A program made the translations under genes and the position numbers. From assembly GCF_022539665.2 (NCBI RefSeq), contig NC_081331.1, positions 6,014,001-6,078,000 on the forward strand: a stretch of DNA of 64,000 nucleotides. Reading direction: 5' to 3'. Source of the DNA: Daphnia carinata. Taxonomy: Eukaryota. Below the pieces are notes generated by a model, which saw nothing but the letters and a program-made list of their open reading frames with translations, made no database searches and had not been told where the DNA came from. This document shows, piece after piece, positions 49,663-64,000 of this stretch. Numbering within the stretch: position 1 is the stretch's first letter; the number at the start of each line of letters is the position of its first letter.

Positions 49663-52600
49663 GGCAACTGGATAAGCAAAAGGACAACATTTATCAAAAA
49701 CAATAGAGCACCAATCGATAATCAAGTCACGCACTTCCCAGCCTACTCTCTCAGCTTACCACTCGCGACTCTATATTATCCGGTCTAATAAAGTCACTTT
49801 TGTTTTGTTTCCCTCCTGGATATAATTATGGATTAAGGCCGAGGTTCCATTGATCCTTACTATTCATCCCAGTTTTCGTTATAAATCAATATTTCTTTAT
49901 CTATTCTAGTTGCGCATAGGTCACGCAACTTTCACAAGGATTCGCCACGAAAATCCATTCATCATCTCATGTGCCATTTAAAACGATTACCTGAAAAGTG
50001 AAAACCAAGGAGATCGTGCGTTAAACAGACCTCGTTAGTCGACCGTATCACGTGGCATCACGACCAAAAAAAAAATGAAATGAAAATTCGTTTGGGGTGG
50101 CACGTTTCCGATTTGCCGAATGAAATTGTGACGCAACATTCAAAACAACTAGAAACAATACAGAATCGCGGTCAGGTCGAGATTAGAAACTGAAACACGC
50201 CTACCATTCATACGGCATCGGATTGCACATTCACGGGGTGTACAATTTCCTCTACCTTGCCAACCCAGCTCAGTGCCTGGTAACCACAACAAAACGTGTG
50301 CAAACACAATATATTGGGGGAAAAGACAAGTTGGCTTCTAGAACCATAACGAACTTAACTTTTCTTCTTTCTCTTTTTTTTACGATATGATCTACCACCA
50401 AAAAAAGGTGAAATTTCTCGTTCCCATAACGAAAGGACGTTGGAACATTGGTGTCTCCCTTTTACCCAATTTTTTGTAAATAATGGAATCGCGGTGTATA
50501 AAGGAAATTGGGGTGGAAATGAGGGCCTAGCATGACGTATACGATACACTAAATGGATATAAAAAGGACACAAAAATGTGTAATACGTTGTGGAATAGAA
50601 TGAAAAAAAATAATTTTGAATGAGCCACTTCCGTTGGAACCTTCTCCACCCCTGATGGTAACCCACATCGAAAGTTCATCGTCAACGGATTCTACTTTTT
50701 TACCTGACAACAAACAATTTCGGTATAATCTTCTTACTTTTGTCTCTTTTTTGCTGTAAAGGAAAAGTTTTTGGACGCCAGACGCTTTTTTTGTCGTTAA
50801 AACCCGTTACGGGCGCCAACGTCCACTGCGACAGACGCACGACGTCGACGGAAGTGAAACCCGCGTCTTGATTTTAACGATAATGGCAACTAATTTATGT
50901 TTTACGACAATTCTCATACGGTATTATTCGTTTACGTCAAACAACACAAGAGCAGATTTTACACATCCAAACGATGGGCCGAAAACAAACACCAAACTAC
51001 TTTGATGTAGAAAGTATCTGATCATTGTTCGTTGTTGCCATATTCAAACGAATTTTTTCTATTTTTTGAAAAATGGATTCAATGAAGAGAACCAAAAAAG
51101 CCATGGCTACTGGGTAGAGAACTCGATTCAAGGTTAAAACAAATTCCTCGAGGCCATCATGGCCGTGTCGTACCTGGTTGGATTTTCTTAAGGAAAGGTT
51201 CTTCGAGAAAGTAGAAAACAAATGAAGGAAGAAAATACGTTTGTCTTGTTTAGCAAATCAGACTCTTTTGGGACACAAACTCCCCCGTTGACTATCGTTA
51301 GAGGCTGTACAGTTTCTGTGTCCGTTTAGTCGCCATTACTAACAGCCCTCATAGTTTTCTGGTCTCTGACCTATTTGATAATTCTTTACCAAGACTTGGC
51401 ACATGCATTATTCATACAATAGGCACACCTCATCCATAAACACTGGCGAAATAAACGAATTTTATCTCTGAAAATTTTCTTAGGCTGCCCCCACCCCTCT
51501 AGAAAACCTCAAGGCAAAAGAGGCAACAAACCTGTGTTATGTTTACCGTTTCTTTTGTTTTGCTTTTTTCTCTCCTGACGAGGTCACAATCGCCGTGGCA
51601 TTCTCTGATCAGCAGCTGCGTGACTCACGCGGCTACAGCGACCAAATTCCAACGTAGTTGTTCTGTATTGTTGAATAGAACGAAAGTTTGCCACTGACGA
51701 TGCACTAAAAAAAACTGCAAAAACACTCGGCGTACACTTTTTTTGTCTTTCTCCACTAGTCGAAATGGGAAAGATCTCGTAGAGAAACTGCAAAAACTGT
51801 GCGGTTGGGTGGTATTGTTGCTGTGCGTGGGTTTCTTTTTAATATTGCAGACGAGAAACGCTAAAGCAACCTGTCGCCGAGCGGTGCAGAACTAAGAATG
51901 CAATGGAATAGTGGGAGAAAGAGGAAACCCTGGTCTCTTTCTCTCTCTGTGTGTGTATGCCACTTGAATAGAGCAAGGAGGGAAAAGGAATGGCCCTTAT
52001 TATTGTCGGTTGCCCCGGGCTACCACCTTTTTGCTATGTCTTACCTTTCGTATTCACCTGGTTTGGGTGGGTGGTGTTTACGGGGTTCCATTATCCTACG
52101 CACTACTGTAGCGCCTCCAAGCGACCAATTGTTGAAACTCTGTCTCATCACAATTTTTTTCGTTCGAGCAAACATTCCTTTTGACCGTTAACATTCTCAT
52201 GCCCAATACCTTTTTTCGTCTCTTTTCACATAAACGTGAACTCCCTAAGTTAGAATGTTGCTTAAAATTTAAAAGAAAAAAACCGTATGCCGATTCCGTT
52301 GAACGGTCGCTACAGCGGCTACGTATTTTTCCCATATCGTCTGCTAAAAAGGCAATCTTTTCCACCATGCGATTTTCGAAGTAAACGGGTAATTCTAGAC
52401 TCTAGAGAGCTGGTTGCCTTTTCAACAGAAAACACTATTACCACTTTCGTTTAACTCGGTTCATTGCACTTTCTCTATCCACTTTCTCCGTTTTAATGGA
52501 TCCTCCTCCCATTAAATAAAACGTGCAGTGATACGCCATTTTTTATTGCATCCTAGCCTCCTCTCAACAAATGAATACTAAACAGAGTAGGCCAAACAGA

Positions 52601-53729
52601 AGGTAAACAAAAAAAAATTTGCTTTTAGATAATGAACCCTATTCATTCATGTGGAAATTCTTACAGAATAGTTATCATTTATTTCTACTTGTGGGAAATA
52701 ATTAATACTGATGGAAGTCATCCCGTTATTCATTCGACGGCGACTGTATGATTGCTCGATTTGTTCTTGTAATCTTACTTCCGTGTTTTGCTCGTTCCAT
52801 TTTGAATTCCCTAAGAATTGATTGTTTGTTTTGTAGGCGTTTGCAATGCCCTACGGCTCGATAACTCTTCATCCTGTTTGCCAGCAAGTGAAGCAAGTAA
52901 GTTCGGTTTAAAAAAAATAAAAAAAAGCAATACAACTTCCGCACATTCGGAACTTGACTGTCGAAGTCGTGTAGTTGTTCCGCGTGAGAAGGGCTCAACG
53001 ATGCTAGCGGTTAGACCGCAAGAATGTCATCGGTATGTATTTTGCGTGTCTTATTATTTGGTTCACCCGGCTGCCTATAGCAGAGGTATGTTCGGCATGA
53101 TACATGAGAAAAAAAAAACCCAAATTGCTATGCATCGTATTACATAATACAACTTCATACTCTACCAAATTCTCTCTATATTCAATCTATTGACTATGCT
53201 ATAGAAAGAGACAAGTAATATCCCATTCTGATATGGCTTATAAAAATCCACCCACCTTCTACTTTTCAATGTAACGCTTTCTTTTCCCCAAAGAAAACCC
53301 CCTCACCGTGGCTGAGCGAATATACTAGTTGTTATTACTTACAAAAGTTTTCTTTCCCAGCTCTTTGAACAATATAAAAGCCAAGCGTAGAAACTAGGAA
53401 AATTTCGAACGACAACCAGCAGAAATTATTAACCTATTGCTAATGGGCTGTGGAAAGTTGTCACGCAGGTCACGTTAACTTCTAAGCTGTTTCTTTTGTT
53501 GGTACATTTTTGGAAAAACGTGCTGTGTTTGAGGAAACCATAGCGTACCGATTTCGTCCTCTGTAGCACACTGCAGTGTGATCTAATTAATTTAAAGAAA
53601 CCTGCTCTCGCTATCGATTGATATGCAATCGACATTTTAGCAGACGACTCTTACGCTGTCAAAATTCTGACCGCGAGAAACTTAACCGGTTTCACATTAA
53701 AGCTAATTGGTGGTTAGTTTTTCTTCATT

Positions 53730-55180
53730 ATGACAGAATTCAATGTAGAAGTAGTTTTTGAGGTCGCGTTAAAGGCAGTGAAAGATGCAGGAGAGGTACG
53801 TTTCACTATTTAATTTATAATTCTTTGAGCTGAAACTAAATTATGCTCACGAACTTTGTGATTAACAATAGATTATCAAAGAAGCTTTTTATAAGAAGAA
53901 ATCTGTGCTCACCAAATCTTGTGAGGTCGATCTCGTGACAGAAACCGATCAGGCGGTAGAGAAAATGTTGATTGGCAGGATTAAAGAAAACTTTCCTAAT
54001 CACATGTAATTGTTTCATTGTTTGTTTTGTTAGACTTAAAACAAATCAATACATTCCATTTTGTGGTTTACAGGTTTATAGGAGAAGAATCTGTGGCAGC
54101 TGGAGAAAAGTGTGACCTTACGAATGACCCCACCTGGATTGTTGACCCAGTTGATGGGACAATGAACTTTGTGCACTCCTTCCCTCATTCATGCATTTCT
54201 CTTGCGGTCTTGTATCATAAAGATGTTCACATTGGCATCATCTTCAACCCAATTCTAGACCAAATGTACACAGCCAAACGTAATCAGGGAGCATTTCTCA
54301 ATGATAAGCCAATCCGAGTCTCTGAGGAAGAAGGTATTTTAAGAAAAGGGATAATTTAAAAATTTTTTAAAGTTTATTTTTTACTTCTCCCAAGACCTGA
54401 GCAAATCGTTAGTTATTGCTGAATTTGGCACAAACCGTGATACCAAAAAAATGGAAAGCGTTCTTAAAAACGTCTCAGCGCTTATGAACAAAGTTCATGG
54501 GTAAGTACAAATTACCGTTTGTTAACAGGGTGAACTTCTAATAGCTCGGTTGTCACAAGCGCACGAACATTTCGTAGGAAAACAATTTCCCAAGAAACAA
54601 AAGTTCGACAATGTCTAGCCTTTATGTATTAGTAATGAGTTCTGTTTCAGCCCGTCGTCGATTTGAGTATCATATTGTACATGTTAACACACATAACCAT
54701 TTCTCTCCATCTTTTCAGTGCCACATGCTTATGTCATGAAAATAAAACTAATTCCTTCTATTCTGGGCGATAGATTACGTGCTATGGGAAGCGCTGCATT
54801 GAATATGGCCTCAGTCGCAGCTGGCGGGGCGGATTGCTACTTCGAATTCGGGATTCATGTTTGGGACATAGGTAGTGTTTAAATCATAAAAAAACTGACT
54901 TCAGACGTTAACCTACCACCTATTATGCAATTTTATTCAAAACAGCCGCCGGAGCGCTCATTATAAAGGAGGCAGGAGGTATCTGTCTTGACACTGAAGG
55001 TACTGAAATCTAAAGTAGTAGATTAAATCTTAGATCGTTCCATGACATCACGAATAATTTTCTTTACATAAAGGAGGACCATTGGATTTGATGTCACGGC
55101 GAATGATATGTGCCTCGTCAGAAAAACTGGCTCTGCAAATCATTCCTCTACTTGACCAATTGAAATTTGAAAGAGACTAA
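53730..55180 (+). CDS. IMPA1: Inositol monophosphatase
   Basis: DLVTETDQAVE..FPNH|FIGEES, PTWIVDPVDGTMNFVH.FP, YTAKRNQGAFLN, LRAMGSAALNMA.VAAG.AD.YFEFGIHVWDI|AAG.LII.EAGG, GGPLDLMSRR. Confidence 0.95.
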
Positions 55181-55657
55181 CATAGCTGATTTGTGGGATT
55201 TGAATTCTACTTGAAATAAAACCAAAGCTCTTAAGTTAACTGTTGAGTTAAGGAATTTAAAAATATAATGAAACAATAATTTAAATAAAATAATTTTGAT
55301 TTTTTTAGTTTTTCCATTGTGTTTGATCACATCAGAAATAATAAGCTCTTGTTGGTTGAAATCATGATTAGCTTTCTAATTAGTTTTCTACAAACTTTCC
55401 GAATTAACCGGTTGTGTTAATTTGTTTCCTTCGGTACGTTATCTACTGAATTTTTGATCGTGACATTAGCTTATAGCTAAATATAGCTATTTGTATTTTG
55501 AGATTTTTTTTTTTTACCAAATTTGAGTTTTAAATGTGCAGTCAATTGACTTGGCAACCCAGTTTGAGTCTAAACAATGAGCCTCTGCTCCCCTGTCACA
55601 TCTCAGTTTGGATGTCTAGCGAAATAAAATAAACGAAACAAATCTTTTAAAGAAAGA

Positions 55658-57364
55658 ATGAACATCGGTTGCAGCTCGTCTGTAAAAAATGGATTAATTT
55701 ACGCAGGTTTTAATCAAGATCAAGGTATTTATTGTGATAAAAATTTACTTATCTACGCGTTAACGCCGTCACTTCATGGTCAATGTAGGATGTTTTGCTT
55801 GCGGAACCGAAAACGGATTTCGAATATATAATTGTGATCCTTTAAGGGAAAAAGAGAGGCAACATTTTGTTGATGGAGGTGTTGTTTTATAATATCTTTG
55901 TTTACTTGTTTTTTTATATAATTCAAGAGTTTCCATTTTCAGGTGGAGTGGCACATGTTGAGATGCTTTTCAGATGCAATTATTTAGCCCTGGTAGGGGG
56001 TGGCAACCAACCAAAATATCCCCCAAATAAAGGTAAAATTAGTTTCAAAGTCATTGTTGACATTACGTTAAGTTGGATTTTCCTTTTTTTTTTGTGTTCC
56101 TGCAGTACTTATTTGGGATGACCTTCAGAAACGACCAGTAATAGAAATTGAGCAATCTAGTTCAATCAAATCAGTTCGTTTGAGGAGGGACAGGATTGTT
56201 GTGGTCCTTGACACAATGGTGAAGGTTTGTAGTATTACACATTAAACCTAAGCATCTGTCTACAAATAAAAACGTTTTAGGTCTACACGTTCACACTTGT
56301 TCCTCAACAACTACATGTGTTTGAAACCTGTATGAATTCTTGTGGATTGTGCACTCTATGTCCCAGCAGTACTAACTCTTTATTGGCACTTCCAGGTAAC
56401 TATTACTATAAACTGCTAATGCCTCGATTGAAACACTGTTTTTCTGGCTGATCATGTTTGCAGGACGTAAGCCTGGTCAAGTGCAACTCATAGACTTGGC
56501 ACGTACAGAGAAGGCTCCTGTTGAGATAGCGGCCCATCAAGCTGCCCTCTCCTGCCTGGCGCTTAACTCTCAAGGTACACGGTTAGCAACAGCATCTGAA
56601 AAGGTAATATTCTTATGCCCAATGGGCTGTGGTGAATGAATGACTTCATGTTGAACTCTTCTTGGTATTTAAGGGCACGCTAATTAGGATATTCGACACA
56701 TCATCAGGTAATTTGATCAGTGAACTAAGACGAGGGGCACAACCAGCAACAATTTATTGGTAAGAATTCTCTAGCGTAGTCATCATAGGTCAAAATCTGA
56801 TCTGATAAAATTCCTTTTCGGAAAACAGTTTGAATTTCAACTCTGATTCGTCACTGCTTTGCGCGGCTAGCGACCATGGTACAGTTCATATTTTCGCAGT
56901 GGAGGATTCCAAAAAGAATCGACATTCTTCGTAAGTTAGCATTCATTGATCCCAAATGAGAACTATGTAAAACATAAATCTCACGAAATCGAAAATCAAC
57001 ATGAAGCGATATTCAAATCAATCATAAAATCCGCTGTACATTTGTTTGTTTTACAGATTGTCAGCGAGCTTTCTTCCCAAGTACTTTTCGTCACAGTGGT
57101 CCTTCACGAAATTCGACATTCCTGGTAGTCATCAGTGTATCTGTGCCTTTGGAGCGGAACCCAACTCAGTGATAGGTATGTCATGTTCGACATTTCTTCT
57201 TGTATTGTTTATTATATTTAATTTATTCTTTTTTTTTTCAAAAACAAAAATACGTATCAGCTATTTGTGCTGATGGATCGTACTATCGTTTCGTTTTCAA
57301 CTCAAAGGGCGAATGCACCCGTGACAAGTACGCCCAGTTCTTGGAAACGGACGCCAGTGATTGA
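55658..57364 (+). CDS. WDR45B: WIPI3/WDR45B PROPPIN (Atg18 family) beta-propeller
   Basis: [93 protein letters not shown] (LRRG phosphoinositide motif), [31 protein letters not shown]. Confidence 0.95.
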
Positions 57365-60300
57365 AATTGTAGCTAAAAGCAGCCACGAATTTGTATCCAA
57401 CACTCGATCCCTCTTTTTTTTCTGTACAGTACGCCATTTGACGCTTGGATGATGTATTCAAGTTGTATAAGAGATGCTAGATGAAAACCAAACTATACTG
57501 TCGGTTAGGTCTAGAAAACATTTCATCATATATCGTTATCTTGATTGACATACACACACCGCATTGTTAAAACATTTCAGCGTGAAGCCAGCTCTCTCTT
57601 TCTACTGAATGCCATGCATCTCCGGGAGAGTTATTGTATCGTGGTAGGGAAAAAAAAAATCAAGTAAAACGTAAAAGTGCGGGTATATTGTAAGAACAAA
57701 CTTTTTCTATACGGTTTTTGTTTATTCACATTGGACGGTTCCAAATTGATTTGTTGCGCTTTAATTCTAGTTCCCATTTTGCTCGCGTTATGTTCCTTGT
57801 AGCTCGATTCGAAAAATCAAGAATAATTAAATAAAATACACGAAAAATAGATTTCAGTACTGCTACTTCTGACCATGCCACACGAATTGAAAGCGTCGGA
57901 CTTTCTCCAGCTGCTGTCACCTCATTTTTTTTTTCTTCTTTATTGAATCCGCAGGTGGCAAAGGCCACCCGCAGCGAAGATTGCGATCGGCTTTTAGTGC
58001 ACACAATTTCGATGTACTAAAAGACACGCAGAGAAAAAAAAAATGTGGGATAACATGACCCCAACCTGATTGCATTTTTTCGTATATATCTCCTTCCTTT
58101 CATCTCGTTTTCCATCTCGGACCCTCTTCTATCAGCAAATACATAAAGCGAACGAAACTAGACTTTCCCTATTGGTTGATGGCCTCTATGACCATCTGAT
58201 ACACTCTCGTTTTTCTCTTTTAGCTTCTTCTCATTTTCTAAACAAATTGGAAAAGAACCTCGCAGAAAAGAACGTGGGAGTATAAGTGCAGCAATTTTTG
58301 TAAAAAAACGGAAACAATAATAATGAACCAAACGATTCTTGCGGGAGACCCTCCTTCCATATTGACACACGCCTATGGATGACATATCGTCACTTTCGTC
58401 CCATTGACCTACTTGTTCCTAACAATATACATGAGGGATACGTGTTTTTGAAAACGCGAAGGGGGAGATGGTGATCGATAACACGAAATGCGGGCATGTG
58501 TTGCTCGTTTTAACTGAGATACAGTGCGGTCAGTAAATTTGTATCGTAAACCTGACAAAAGATGAAACATGGTATGACTTTGGCTCTGACCTCTTTCTTG
58601 AAAAAAAATAGCAATTCATAACGTGGAAATGGACTTGACCAAAAGACTGTCAAAACGATCAAAGCGAAACTGTAAGTCTCTTGAGAATTTGCCATGTTCC
58701 AGTATAGTTTTGAAAGACCGAAGAGTACCTTGTATAATGAACTAAATAACCATCTTCTTTGACGACGTGAATGCGCAGTAGATAGCGTGTAAGTTGACGA
58801 GCAACCGAACCGACGGAAGGGTGAAAATGGATCTACGGGAAAACCGTGGTTGCTCCCGGCATCCGTACGTAATTGGACAGTCACATCCGCCAACTTGATC
58901 GTAGGAGTCTAACACAAGTCCGCTTTTCAAATATATGGGAGATACCGAACTATTTAAAACGAAAACTGCGTATGGCAGAATCAAGGGTCTTAATTACTTG
59001 CACACATCGACTATGAATTGATGATCATATCGAATGACGGTTGGCGGTACAGTGATGTTGATAGAGTTCTATTGCATCTCGATTGAATGACGGTAGTAAA
59101 AGGAATGCTGGAACCGTGTCTCTACCATCCGTCTCTCAGTTCCCTGATTGGTTTCTATAGACGTAGGAGTTAACTGCCTATTGCATGTGTTGTGAATAAT
59201 AAGAAGAAAAGATAACATTATAGAGGAACGCAACTTGCGTATTTACCCTCTTTCAGTGTAGATAGCGACTGCTGCTTATTCCCAGCTATTCATCACTGTT
59301 AGCCATAGAGTGACGTCGTTGGTAGGGGAGGAGCAATATATACAAATTGGGATGAACAACTTTTAACTTGACGATATTTAAAAGGCCTTTTTTCGTAGAA
59401 AGTGTAAATGGAATAAAGAACTTGTGTAAAGATAAATCTAAGGAATTCGTTTTTTTTTCTGTATTTTTGGAAATTGGTGTTGGTATACAGTCTTATCTTT
59501 CAGACTGATGTGTGTAGACATCACGTGATGTGTCCCGACATCGTGCGTTCCGGCACTTTCAATTATTGACGGACAAATACACAGGAAATGGGTATAACAA
59601 AACCCAGACATACGAAAATGAATTAATGATTCACTTTGTTGGTGATCAATGTAAATATGGCGTCTTCTGCCTTTTGTTTACTTTGTGCATTTCTATTAAA
59701 CGTTGCGCATAAGTTTCTGTTTGTTAAGCATGTACATGCAATTCTCTTTCTATGTTTAAAAAAACAGTCCAACTCGTCGTGTAAAAAGGAAACAAAGTAT
59801 GCAGATCTAAATGTTCCTGTTGCCATGACGAGACAGAAAAAATATTTATGCCAGCGCTTTCGACAAAGAAACGAAGTGGCTGAAATGTATTCGACGCCCA
59901 GGTCGGTGGTGCTACTATTTATAGAAGCTCTGATTAAATTATAGAGAACCCTTCAAGTTGAACATCCAACACTTTGTTGCGAGTGTCTGTAAAAACGCAT
60001 GCACGTAACAGCGTCTACTTTCAACTGATTGTACCGATAAACTAAACGAATAAAAGAAAAAAAAAAGAAATAAAGAAGAGGTCGTTGTACTCTGCCCGGA
60101 AAACTCAACGACCCTCACTGTCATCCATCACGTTGGCAGTCGCGGACATGACCCTCCTTGTTCCTATACTTTCTCCATCCATTTCTTCATTATACCACCC
60201 AGAGTAGTTACGCACTTGTGCGTGTGTGTACACACAACTGGCTCTTCTGCATTGGACGTGTAAACGACAAGCGGCCTGCTAACGACCTAAACCTATTTAG

Positions 60301-63300
60301 TTAGAAAAACAATAGACATTGTTACGTCATCACGCAAACGTGCTGAAAGAAGATGGAATATTCTTTTAGGAAGGTAACCATTTGGAAATTTCCACTCAAC
60401 TAGAATCATCCCACAATTATGTCGAATATATGGAGAAAGACTCATTTGATTTATTCGCCGTTTTCCAGTTCAATGGAAATGATGTAGTAGATTATGCCTT
60501 TGTCGTTGACGACGGAATTCGTGTAAAACTAAAGCAAACATCAAAACACGCTCCGTTAAGCGTTTCAGAATTGTATACAAGCAAATAGCTCGCTATTTTC
60601 TATTGTTTATTGATGTTTTAATGAACAGGTTTCAAAAAAATAAATCTAGATGAAACATTTTTCTTCTTTTCATTTGCATATGACGTGATGTGGTTGGAAT
60701 CGGCGACAAAACTTTTGTTGTTCTCGTACATCAAAAAACATGAACTAAAAACGTATCACAACTTCAATAAAAACTTCTTTTTTCCTTTAAACGTGAAAAC
60801 TTTTGGGCTGTTGCCAACTGCCTTATTTCTTTTCTTATACCTTTAACCAAAACAGGGTGTTGATTGTTTCCTTTTTCTGGTAATGGAACTTGTTTGCCAC
60901 ACGTTTGCCGCAATTTCCTCGATGAGCAATAAAGAAGAGAGTGTCGACTGCAGCCGAAAACTTGTTTTTCTTTCGTTGTTGTTCCAATTCCCCAGCACGT
61001 CGTTTATTCAACCCTATGTGCGTATACTTCTAACGCAAGTCTCTATCGTCAACATGTTGACCACACGCTTTCTCACTTAAATCTGATGTTGTTCACTCCC
61101 TGCCTCTGTAGCTCAATTGATTTTCTTTCCAAATTAGTCGCCTTCTTGTTTCTCTGATACGTCGACTCGACTTATTTCCGCACACAACAAACTGATGAAA
61201 ATGTCTAAGGTTTCCGGTCATGCAGTTTATACTACCACTTCGGTATAATTATTCGTTCACGAAATATCCACCATCATAGAAACCCAAAAGGGAGTTACCT
61301 TTCTAAACGGATTTATTTACTCTGGTTGCGTACAATTTGCTGAAAGCCGGAACTATATCGGCAAAGTGCTCAAGGGCATAATTGCAACGCGATTAGTAGA
61401 CATTGATTAAAGGTTTTTATTTTGTGGGTGGCTCTCTTGGGTATCGGATAGCAAGTTTTGCTACCGTGCCAACAACAGCCTATTTTTTAAGTATTATTTT
61501 AATCTCGTTTTATCATCGATTTTACATTTATGGCTTTTCTTTCTGTATGTCTGACCGCACTGAACGTCATCCACGAAATCGAACGAGATTTTTTTAAAAT
61601 ATGGATGACACAATTAAAAGTATTCCGCAGTCTAGCTATGTGTTTATGCGAAGAAAAGATCAGTAGAAAACGACGACGTGCCAAAAGCTGGAATCTGGAA
61701 TCTGACGTCATCAGATTGGATGAGGGTCTTATTTCATTTAAACTTTCCTCTCTCATCACCGCGAATGAACTTTTTAAAGGGCAATTGCCTTGAGAATCAT
61801 GTTGGTTGTCGTACAACTGAACGACTCCTTCATTTTCTCTAGTATTGACTTTCGGGATCTTTTCAAGCTCTTCTTCAGTGGAACATCGTCTATGTGTACC
61901 TATATACTGGGAAAGTTGTTAATCAGCTTAGCGTTTTCTATAGCGATGTCTTGTTACACGGGCAGCGGTGCCAAACGATGATGAACATCAATGTTCTATA
62001 TATCGATTGACAAAAGGTTTTTATATAAGATGAAAAGCAGGTCGAGTCTTGTCGCATGAAAAGTTCTCTAGAGTTTCGGTCGATGCTCAGGTACATGTAT
62101 AGTAAACCCGGTGAAGTTGTTCTGCGTCATTCAACTTTCATGATCAACTTGAATTATTTTCCTCTTGACAAAAACATCCATTATTAACGCTTGAACAAAT
62201 CCTGATATGAGGACGTTCAGTCACACCAGTAGACGACCTTGATAAATGAATGACACAATGAACAGTCAGCTTGTTTTGTATGGAAAACTATCGATAACAG
62301 TAAATAAATGTTTGCATTGGGGTCAGTGGACTGACGTCATGGACGCTGAGGACAAGTTGTTCATTCTGGCTCTTTGTTTCATTCGTGCGAGACCGAAAGA
62401 GTTAACTTGTTTATGAAGGTATTTCATAAAAGATATGGCCCTGATTACGCAGCCATATGTCCTCATTGACTATTAAATTTCTGGCTTTAAAACAAGGGAG
62501 AGAATTTTAGGTAACCAACGATCTATACCATTGAATAAACGTCAAAGTCAAAATTGCAAAGTTGTTTCATTTATATTTAATGTGTGCCTACCAACGTCTC
62601 TTTACTGGTTATCCGTGGACAGATGCCCATGTGGCTGCTACTATATATACTTTGCATTATTAAAAATGCGGCACCTTGTCAAGCGCAGATACTGCAAGTA
62701 TCTGCGACGCTGATCAAAGGCAATTTCAGGAAGGAACAGGAAAAAGTGTTGAACCAGAGCGTGTGATCAATAGAAAAAAAAATTGGAAAGCAAAATTAAG
62801 GAATAATATGCATCGATCCTTAAAAGTGTATACGATCAATAATTTTTTGCAGCCTGTGTGTGTGTGACGGTGTAATGTGATACAAACTTTTAATAACGAT
62901 AACAATGGTATCGCCTTTCTTTTGTTGGAGGCGTGAAAGAAGAGAGCAAGTCCATCTTGCCACTGGGTGGCATAATGCTGCAAATGCAACGTGACTCTAT
63001 CTCTCAGTAAATCAATAAGAAGGTGTGAATTTTCTTCATGCATAAGCTAAAATGTGCACTCTCATAGTTTTTTTTTGCTATACTATATAAGCAGCGGAAC
63101 TGATGAAGTGATCCGATTTTCCTGTTCCCAGCCATCGAATATATCGACTTCAATTTGTTTCAATTTGAAATGTGTCTAAAAGATATGTCTGCGATAGATT
63201 TTTCTCACTTAAACGCGTCTCTTTCCAACATCTTTACACTACACAACAACCTCCGTACAGACAATGTTTACATAACAAAAAAAAATAATAATAAAAAAAG

Positions 63301-64000
63301 ACGACGGATTGATGAGCTGTTAGTCTACCCTAGTGTCTCTAATTATAAGTAGTGATTTAATCAACTACAGCAGTATATAGATTGGAAGGTCTTCAATGAT
63401 TGGTACGCCCTCGGCTATTCATCTCCACAAATAGCTTTTCACAACAAATACATCGAATAATACCTACATAGAAGCTATTTAGAAAATGGATCAGCTGTTG
63501 CCAAGAGCCGTACTACCTGCATACGCATACTCTCGTAAGAACAAAGACCAAAGAATTCGATGCCGTTGCTTCGATCGAAATTCTGTTATTTCTGCTTTTT
63601 TGGCAGAAGAATCCGTACAGAGGAAGGAATAAAAATCACGAGGGAAGATCTATAAATGTCGCTGATATGGGTATGTCATTATTCTAATACAATGTCTATA
63701 TACATGTGATCCTTTTATATTCAACCATACCATCATATAAAGAAAAAAGCCTCGACATAGGCATTACAATAAATTTTTTTTTTTTGGCTACGTACATAAG
63801 AGGAAAATTTTGTGTGTTTATCGATGACTTGGCCGGTTTCCCCTTATTAGGCCATTTTTTATTTGGTTCAGACCTATGCCAATATACTATTTAACAAGCA
63901 GCCGTACATCAACAACCTTCTTCAGGTTGTATATTTTTTTATACATACATATAGACTGTCGGTCGTTAATCAGGATCATCTAATGAATTCACCTTTATGA

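Noticed and set aside
54501..54773. H/ACA snoRNA candidate in the longer IMPase intron
   Set aside because: Hairpins are weak and there is no clear ANANNA H box. It cannot be supported without a covariance search.
57400..64000. Numerous 60-127 aa ORFs in the right-hand region (also 50-53.5 kb)
   Set aside because: They have no domain motifs, show AT-rich F/L/K-biased composition, and form no consistent exon chain.

Overview
Gene-dense eukaryotic DNA with short (mostly 55-80 nt) GT-AG introns and an arthropod gene set. It most resembles a compact crustacean genome such as Daphnia; this is inferred from style, not verified. Sixteen protein-coding genes can be assembled by hand: METTL16 (partial), MRPL44, Sas-4/CENPJ, Ttd14, a CCCH zinc-finger gene, Hrb27C/Hrp48, Prp19, domino (two alternative C-termini), Pak, a PPM1L-like PP2C, ASCC1, an intronless orphan with a membrane anchor plus SOCS/BC-box, METTL22, a mucin-like receptor PTP with a degenerate WPD loop, IMPase and WDR45B. 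A 2.5-kb tandem array of TIR-bounded MITE-like units lies at 31-33.4 kb, and 57.4-64 kb is apparently non-coding. The most notable signals are: (1) a candidate splicing switch in the Hrp48 RRM2 intron, where a 12-bp stem buries the productive 3' splice site and a nested canonical mini-intron with PTC outcomes and a duplicated motif sit upstream; (2) the SOCS-box orphan; (3) a candidate Pak microexon at the position of the vertebrate PAK3b insert; (4) the TATA-joined MITE array; (5) a recurrent AGCAGACGA promoter motif. Gene identities come from recognised protein motifs, not database searches.
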